The notes beneath the pieces are model-generated. The model saw only the letters and a program-made list of their open reading frames with translations. It had not been told where the DNA came from and did not search any database. Source: Planctomycetales bacterium (GTDB lineage Bacteria > 4484-113). Taken from it: 11,709 nt of DNA. Location of the stretch: NCBI GenBank assembly GCA_037445915.1, contig JBBIJQ010000062.1:1-11709 (forward strand). Direction: 5' to 3'. A program made the translations under genes and the position numbers. This document shows, piece after piece, positions 6,348 to 11,709 of this stretch (positions are counted from its first letter, which is position 1; every line of letters begins with the position of its first letter).

Positions 6348-8002
6348 CCTCCTAACCCGCCTGCGTCTTTGAAATCCATGTCAATGACTACTTGCATCGG
6401 TTGGGAAAGGCCAAAGACGCCTGCTGGAAGTTCGGCTTGCACCGTGTAAAGCCCTATAACCATGCCTATCGTGCCAAGTAGTTCCCCGGGCAATTCACCC
6501 GGGTTGTGCGTGATTAGCTCAGGTTCTGTATAGCCGTTCAGCGCAATTGACCACTCTAACGAAGACCTCAAGTACTCTAGCGTAGCGTTATAGGCTACGG
6601 CCTTTCCTGACGGCGGAGCATCATCAAAGCCGTACATCTGATCTTCCGGCAGGTAGGTATAAGAAATGCCCTCAAGGTATCCGTGGATATCAGATCCAAT
6701 TTCGCCTTCGCCTTGAGCGTTGCCGGAAAGCGGCATTGCGAATAGGTTCCTGCCATAGTAAATGCTGCTGGATAGAGTATTCTTCGTCCCTTCAATCTTC
6801 AATCGGATAGCCACTAAATCCAATTCCAGGCCTTGAACTGCGTCAAGGTAGAGCGTATAGACCGCTGAATCAATCGCGTTCGCTACTGTCAGCGATACCT
6901 CATGGCTCCCAGGTTGAACAAAAGTAACTTCAGGGCTAGTTTCAGTGCTTGTTGAAGGTACTCCGGCTTGAAAACTCCATGAGTAGGCAAGCGGTTCTTG
7001 CCCGCCTACTACCGCGCCAAACACTACAGGTACCCCTACGAGCGCGGACTTCGGCTGAACGCGGGTTATGAATGGGGCATCGCCGGATTCAACTACTATT
7101 ACTGTAAAATCAAGTTGGTCGAAGCCAAACGCCGTGTTAACCGTTAGTGAACAGTGAAACTCGCCCGCCTGCGTGAAAATGACCGATGGGTGTTCATCTT
7201 CGCTGGCATTTGGAAGGGCAAACTCTCCAAAACTCCAGCGATAGGACTTCAAGCCTTCGCCAGTGACATCAGCCTGAAAAACTGCCGCTACTCCTTTGCC
7301 GCAGGTGAGAGGGCGAACCGCGGTTATCACTGGAGCGCTTAGCGAAGGCGTATAGACGCTAGAAGATATGCCTCGCGTCTCTTCGGCATCGTATGGTGTC
7401 ACGCGGTAATACCTATTATCTATAGCAGCAAGCGGAAGCTGCCCGAAAGGCCATCCTCCAACGTCCTTTAACTCGGCAAAGTGAACTCGCCCGATTTCTT
7501 CAAATGGGCCAGCCTCCAATGGGGCTGCTTCAACAATATAGCCTGCTAGCTCTGTGGCAAAGTGTTGCGCAATTGGAGTTACGTCTCCAACGCCGACGGT
7601 TGCTGTCCCATCGCCGCCGATAATCGTACTGGGTTCGCCAAAATGCGCTGCGATTGGAGTGATGTCGGCGATATTAACCGCTCCATCGAGGTTATAGTCT
7701 CCGTGGTTCACATAACGCCAGCTAAGCATCCATCCGCCCACTCCATCTGGAATAGCCTGGAAGCTAGACGGCCTGTTACAGTCGCCAGCAGGGGGGACGC
7801 TCACTGCCCGCGCAGGGATAACTCCTCTTGCCGCCATCTCCAGCGCAAGCGCGTCAACCAGCATTTGCCCGCGTTGCGAATGTGAATTGACGCTTATCGT
7901 TGGCTCGCAGCTTCTGCCGCCTGCACACGAGCTGGTAAAGCTTATAGCCACGGCTGCTATCGCGAATATGCCGTAACAATACTTACGCATACAGCTCTGC
8001 AT
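6344..8002 (-). CDS. Putative surface lipoprotein: dockerin/EF-hand-like repeat pair, two PKD domains and an unknown C-terminal domain
   Basis: Signal-like MRKYCYGIFAIAAVAISFTSSC, the pair GDYNLDGAVNIADITPIAAHFG / GDGTATVGVGDVTPIAQHF, and two repeats with Y.WSF...P.V.F...G...V/C.LTV. The start is uncertain: ATG 8050, ATG 8002 (with GGGGTGA SD upstream) or ATG 7990. Confidence 0.75.
   Translation of the reverse strand: MQSCMRKYCYGIFAIAAVAISFTSSCAGGRSCEPTISVNSHSQRGQMLVDALALEMAARGVIPARAVSVPPAGDCNRPSSFQAIPDGVGGWMLSWRYVNHGDYNLDGAVNIADITPIAAHFGEPSTIIGGDGTATVGVGDVTPIAQHFATELAGYIVEAAPLEAGPFEEIGRVHFAELKDVGGWPFGQLPLAAIDNRYYRVTPYDAEETRGISSSVYTPSLSAPVITAVRPLTCGKGVAAVFQADVTGEGLKSYRWSFGEFALPNASEDEHPSVIFTQAGEFHCSLTVNTAFGFDQLDFTVIVVESGDAPFITRVQPKSALVGVPVVFGAVVGGQEPLAYSWSFQAGVPSTSTETSPEVTFVQPGSHEVSLTVANAIDSAVYTLYLDAVQGLELDLVAIRLKIEGTKNTLSSSIYYGRNLFAMPLSGNAQGEGEIGSDIHGYLEGISYTYLPEDQMYGFDDAPPSGKAVAYNATLEYLRSSLEWSIALNGYTEPELITHNPGELPGELLGTIGMVIGLYTVQAELPAGVFGLSQPMQVVIDMDFKDAGGLGG
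6836..7336 (-). repeat. Two tandem PKD-like domains (about 7336-7094 and 7078-6836)
   Basis: APVITAVRP...G....F.A.V.G....SYRWSF....P..S..E.PSV.F.Q.G....SLTV aligns with APFITRVQP...G....F.A.V.G....AYSWSF....P..S..T.PEV.F.Q.G....SLTV. Confidence 0.8.
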
Positions 8003-8050
8003 TAGTTCACCCCGTTTGAATATGCTGAAAATAGGATATCTCCCTCGCAT

Positions 8051-8064
8051 ATTCTACATTATCA
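8051..8064 (-). promoter_or_regulatory. Candidate -10 element(s) for the PKD lipoprotein gene (TGATAATGT at 8064-8056 or TAGAAT at 8056-8051)
   Basis: Minus strand reads TGATAATGTAGAAT-ATG, giving two overlapping TAnnnT hexamers. Confidence 0.5.
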
Positions 8065-8066
8065 GA

Positions 8067-8075
8067 TGCTAATAT
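8067..8075 (+). promoter_or_regulatory. Extended -10 promoter TGCTAATAT (leaderless nadX)
   Basis: TGn-TAATAT, 6 nt before ATG 8082, with no SD. Confidence 0.7.
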
Positions 8076-8081
8076 CTTCAC

Positions 8082-8879
8082 ATGCCTAATCTGACGCTTG
8101 GGTTAGTTGGTCTTGGAAACATTGCCTATTTCTTGGCTAAGGGCATTATAGAGCACGAGCTCCCTTACAATTTGACGTTTATCAACGATATAGACGAGTC
8201 CAATGTTAAGGGGTTCGAGGAAGCTTTTCCTGAATTGAAGCCGGAATACGCTGACTTGGACACGCTATCCGCGCGCAGCAAAGTAATTGTGGAAGCTGCG
8301 CAAATGACTGTCGTTCCTGAGCTTGCTCAGAAAGCGCTACTCGCCGCCCAGCAAGTTGAGGCGACGAAGTACCTCTTTGTTATGAGCGTAGGCGGGTTGC
8401 TTCGCTTGAGCCAAGACTATCAGCGCGAACTTGCTGGAAGTTACCTGAAAATTATCGCTCCTTCCGGCGCTATCGGCGGCTTGGATGCTCTTGCTGCAAT
8501 GAATTTAGCTGGGATGCGAAGCATTCAGCTCACTACCCGCAAGCATCCATCGGCATATGGCCGCGACGATAAAGAGGCTGTTGTTCTTTACGAGGGGCCG
8601 CCTGCGCCGGCATTTGAGCTTTATCCCAAGAACGTAAACGTCGCTATCACGCTGGCGCTGGCTACTGTCGGCCTGGACAAGCTCGCCTTCACTCTCATAA
8701 GTGATCCGCGCGTTTCGCAAAACATCCATACAATAGAAGCCCAAGGCGACGCAGGCTCTGTTCGCTTTGAACTTGCGAATAATCCATCTCCCCACAACCC
8801 TCGCACCAGCTATCTGGCAGCGCTCTCCATTATTTCAGCTTTAAAGCGCTTTAGCCAGAACCTTCTCGTCGGCTACTAG
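8082..8879 (+). CDS. nadX: L-aspartate dehydrogenase (NAD biosynthesis, NadB alternative)
   Basis: Rossmann GLVGLGNI, VEAA, MSVGGL, PSGAIGGLD, TTRKHP, YEG......YPKNVNVA, N.H.I with the conserved His, and NPRTSYLAALS. The length of 265 aa is typical. Confidence 0.92.
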   Translation: MPNLTLGLVGLGNIAYFLAKGIIEHELPYNLTFINDIDESNVKGFEEAFPELKPEYADLDTLSARSKVIVEAAQMTVVPELAQKALLAAQQVEATKYLFVMSVGGLLRLSQDYQRELAGSYLKIIAPSGAIGGLDALAAMNLAGMRSIQLTTRKHPSAYGRDDKEAVVLYEGPPAPAFELYPKNVNVAITLALATVGLDKLAFTLISDPRVSQNIHTIEAQGDAGSVRFELANNPSPHNPRTSYLAALSIISALKRFSQNLLVGY

Positions 8880-8885
8880 CTCCTC

Positions 8886-8894
8886 TGCTAGAAT
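8886..8894 (+). promoter_or_regulatory. Extended -10 promoter TGCTAGAAT (leaderless GT4 gene)
   Basis: Lies in a 21-nt gap, 6 nt before GTG 8901, with no SD. Confidence 0.75.
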
Positions 8895-8900
8895 CCACTG

Positions 8901-10085
8901 GTGCGCCTAGGCGTATCCATGTTGGCTATCCACACTCCTGGCGGCATCGGCCGTTACGCGAGGATTCTTGGCGCGACACTTCTTACACACTTTCAGGGCG
9001 AGCTTCACCTTTTCTTGGCGTCTAAGGGCGACTTGAACCGAATACTCCATGAGCTGTCTCCAGAAATTGCAGGCAATTTTGAACTCTCCGCCAATACACA
9101 TCTGCACTACAGCTGGCTGCCTTTAGCCCCGCGCTTCGTAATGCACCAGTTAGAGGTTGGGAGTGTGTTCGGGCGTATCGGCCTTGACGCCTATCTTGAC
9201 CCTGACTACGTGCTTCCCAAGCTTTCCAGTGTCCCAAGTTTCTGTGTTGTGCATGACACTACGCCTTTCACTTCCCCAAAGATGCTTGGCGCGAAGGCTC
9301 GCATCATTTACGGGATTGGCGCGCGTTCGGCCTTGCAGAAGGCGCGCTGTCTGATAATTAGTTCGCCTGGCGTAGCGAATTCCCTGACCGAGTTGTTTCC
9401 CTGCTTTGCGCACAAGCTACGGCTTGTTGAGGCTTGTCTGGCTCCTAAGTTTGCAGCCGCCTGCGCTACACCATACCGGCCGCAAAGCTTAATTCGAGTC
9501 CAGACTGAAATTGGTGAAGTCACGCTGCCCCAGCCGTTTATACTGCACGTCGGCGTTCCAGGCCCCCGTAAAAACATTGAAACGCTAATCAAGGCGTTTG
9601 GCGAGGCTAAGTTGAGGATGTTTCCCCATAGGCTTGTTTTTGTGGGAGGCAAAGCGAAGGCCTCCCTAAAGCAACAGCAGCCTATCCCGCAAGTAGCATT
9701 GCCTAACGGGATGTCTGTTCAACAGATCACACAGCTTCCTGAGATAGTTCATCTCGGGCACGTCAGCGATGACGACTTAGTCGCATTGTATCGCCACGCA
9801 GACCTTCTTCTGTTACCTTCATTAGTAGAGGGTTTTGGCTATCCGGTCCTTGAGGCGCTGGCATTTCGAACTCCCGCGCTGGTTTCTGCAGGCTCTCCAT
9901 TATCTCATCTTCCGGGAGTAGCTAAGATACATAACCCTAGAGACTATATTGCTATGGCTTCAGAAATTGAAGATGCCCTGCGAGATCTCCCTCGATTGAG
10001 CGCTGAAATTGCATCCGCGTTTTCCATTTCGCACTACAGCTGCGAAAGATATCTTACAGAGCTATTGGCTGCCCTAACTGGGTAG
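8901..10085 (+). CDS. Glycosyltransferase family 4 (GT-B fold, MtfB/mannosyltransferase-like)
   Basis: GGIGRY, VVHD..P, FILHVG...PRKN...LI.AF, LVFVGG, LGHVSDDDL.ALY..A.L...PS..EGFGYPVLEALA..TP (EX7E motif). Confidence 0.92.
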   Translation: MRLGVSMLAIHTPGGIGRYARILGATLLTHFQGELHLFLASKGDLNRILHELSPEIAGNFELSANTHLHYSWLPLAPRFVMHQLEVGSVFGRIGLDAYLDPDYVLPKLSSVPSFCVVHDTTPFTSPKMLGAKARIIYGIGARSALQKARCLIISSPGVANSLTELFPCFAHKLRLVEACLAPKFAAACATPYRPQSLIRVQTEIGEVTLPQPFILHVGVPGPRKNIETLIKAFGEAKLRMFPHRLVFVGGKAKASLKQQQPIPQVALPNGMSVQQITQLPEIVHLGHVSDDDLVALYRHADLLLLPSLVEGFGYPVLEALAFRTPALVSAGSPLSHLPGVAKIHNPRDYIAMASEIEDALRDLPRLSAEIASAFSISHYSCERYLTELLAALTG

Positions 10086-10091
10086 CTGCGT

Positions 10092-10097
10092 TATAAT
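10092..10097 (+). promoter_or_regulatory. -10 element TATAAT (leaderless SBP gene)
   Basis: Consensus TATAAT in an 18-nt gap, 6 nt before ATG 10104. TATAATCTAA is shared with the galT promoter (811-820). Confidence 0.75.
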
Positions 10098-10103
10098 CTA
10101 AGT

Positions 10104-11709
10104 ATGTCCTTTAAGCCTAAGTTTTCTCGTTCAATGCCGCTTTGGCTCGCGCTTACAGTGTGTCATAGCTTGGCGCTCTTGATTTGCGCAGCGGCATTCT
10201 TTTCCTGCAACAACAGAGACGTGCACGTTGAAAAGCCGGTTGCGACGAGTGAACGGCTGACTCTGCGCTTGCCATTGGATTCTGATGTCCCTACCTTAGA
10301 CCCAATTCACATTACGGATGTCCGGAGCGCTGCAGTAGCCCGCCAGTTGTTTTCAACCTTAGTCCGCTATGATAAAGACCTCAAACTAGTCCCTGATGTT
10401 GCTGAACGCTGGGAAGTAAGCCCTGACAAGCTAACCCTGCGTTTCTACCTAGCCAAAGGTGTTAAGTTTCAGAACGGCCGCGAGCTAACTGCGGAGGACT
10501 TCGTTTACTCCTTCAACCGCATGGCCGACCCTAAGGAAGTTTCAGAGCGCGCATCCCTTTTGCGCGACGTTGTAGGCTACGGGGCTTTCCGCGATGGTAA
10601 AGCTGCCAAGCTTGAAGGCGTAGTTTCCCCTGAGCCAAACACGCTGGAGATCAACCTATCTAAGCCCTATAGCCCCTTTTTGGCTTCGCTTGCAATGATC
10701 AACTTTGCCGCGGTCCCGCGCGAAGTTGTGGAAGCTGCGCCAAAAGACCAGCCTGGCTACTTCGCGCGCCATCCCGTAGGCAGTGGGCCATTCATGCTTG
10801 AGGAATGGAAAACTGATTCGTATATTCTGCTTAAGTCCTTCCCAGGTTACTTCAAGGGCAAGCCAAACCTTGAGGCAGTGCTTTACAAAGTCATTCCAGA
10901 CCTTACGACGCAGCTAAATGCCTACGAGAACGGCGAACTTGATGCTGCGAACATCCCTGTCGGCTCGCTTCGCAGGCTTAGCCGCGATCCTGAGTACAAG
11001 GATCAGTTCCACCGCAAAGACCTTATCGCCATCCAGTTCTACGTCATTAACATGGAAAAGGACCCTTGGATGGACAGGACATTTGCGAATAAGAAGATGC
11101 TGCGCCAAGCGTTGAACTACGCTATTAACCGCGAGTACATTGCTGAGGAAATACTCGAAGGCCGCTTTCAGCCTTTCATCGGCATCATTCCTCCAGCGAT
11201 GGCTGAATGGTATAACCCAGCGAATAAAGTTGAGCCTCGATACTCATACAATGTGGACATGGCACGCAAGTTCCTTGAGGAGTCTGGTCACCCGCAAGGC
11301 ATGTACATTCCGAAGATGCCGATGTACTACAACAACTTCTCTGTGTATCCACACATGGCTATGCAGATGGCTGATTTCCTGCGCGATATTTCCATCAACG
11401 TAGATCCCCAGACCTTGGAATGGACTACTTTCCTGGACACGATGCGCGGCGGTAACTTTCTCATCGGCCGTTGCGGGTGGGTAGCCGACTATCCCGACCC
11501 TGACACTTTTCTCTGGCAGCTCCTCGCAAGTGAAAATGCTGGGTGGCAGGATAACTGGGCGCGCTACAAGAACCCAAAGTTTGATGAACTTGTGGAGAAG
11601 GCGCGTGTTGAGTTTGATAAAGAGAAACGCAAGCTGCTCTACTGGCAGGCTGAACAAATCGCTATTGAAGATTCCCCTTGGATATTTCTTTTTGCACAAA
11701 CCGCAAATG
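10104..11709 (+). CDS. ABC transporter substrate-binding lipoprotein, family 5 (OppA/DppA-like), runs off the right edge
   Basis: Manual translation gives MSFKPKFSRSMPLWLALTVCHSLALLICAAAFFSC-NN...DVPTLDP...QLFSTLVRYDKDLKLVPDVAERWEVSPD...GVKFQNGRELTAEDFVYSFNR...PVGSGPF...LRQALNYAINRE...GWVADYPDPD.F...Y.NPKFD.L...AEQIAIEDSPWIFL. The frame is open to the window end. Confidence 0.94.
   Translation, partial: MSFKPKFSRSMPLWLALTVCHSLALLICAAAFFSCNNRDVHVEKPVATSERLTLRLPLDSDVPTLDPIHITDVRSAAVARQLFSTLVRYDKDLKLVPDVAERWEVSPDKLTLRFYLAKGVKFQNGRELTAEDFVYSFNRMADPKEVSERASLLRDVVGYGAFRDGKAAKLEGVVSPEPNTLEINLSKPYSPFLASLAMINFAAVPREVVEAAPKDQPGYFARHPVGSGPFMLEEWKTDSYILLKSFPGYFKGKPNLEAVLYKVIPDLTTQLNAYENGELDAANIPVGSLRRLSRDPEYKDQFHRKDLIAIQFYVINMEKDPWMDRTFANKKMLRQALNYAINREYIAEEILEGRFQPFIGIIPPAMAEWYNPANKVEPRYSYNVDMARKFLEESGHPQGMYIPKMPMYYNNFSVYPHMAMQMADFLRDISINVDPQTLEWTTFLDTMRGGNFLIGRCGWVADYPDPDTFLWQLLASENAGWQDNWARYKNPKFDELVEKARVEFDKEKRKLLYWQAEQIAIEDSPWIFLFAQTAN

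Noticed and set aside
8082-11709. nadX, GT4 and the SBP gene share one reading frame separated only by TAG codons (8877, 8889, 10083), suggesting amber readthrough/recoding or a fusion
   Set aside because: Each protein ends at its expected C-terminus, no conserved gene has an internal TAG, each has its own -10 box, and the SBP has its own signal peptide. Shared frame across two junctions has a 1-in-9 chance.
1-11709. CRISPR array, tRNA/rRNA, riboswitch, IS/integrase or defence system
   Set aside because: No regularly spaced repeats, intergenic gaps are at most about 125 nt and explained by promoter elements, and no transposase, recombinase or nuclease motifs were seen. The repeated TGCTAGAAT is position-locked to gene starts, which fits a promoter rather than a mobile repeat.

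Overview
Bacterial chromosomal region of mostly housekeeping and cell-envelope genes, with no mobile element, RNA gene or CRISPR array visible. Gene order: 5' part of sucC (minus strand, TTG start, missing from the ORF track) <- -> BON-like lipoprotein, frameshifted GalT-like nucleotidyltransferase, GH57 amylopullulanase-type hydrolase, uppS, gltX -> <- dockerin/EF-hand-like plus 2xPKD lipoprotein <- -> nadX, GT4 glycosyltransferase, family-5 ABC substrate-binding lipoprotein (3'-truncated, missing from the ORF track). The most striking pattern is regulatory. Almost every gene has its own (TGn)TAnnnT extended -10 box. In six genes the box lies only 6-9 nt before the start codon with no Shine-Dalgarno, which points to gene-by-gene leaderless transcription. 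The galT-like gene is broken at a 10-mer (AATGTCACAC) that reads correctly in both frames, which suggests a repeat-mediated deletion or a sequence error. I see no clearly new multi-gene system.
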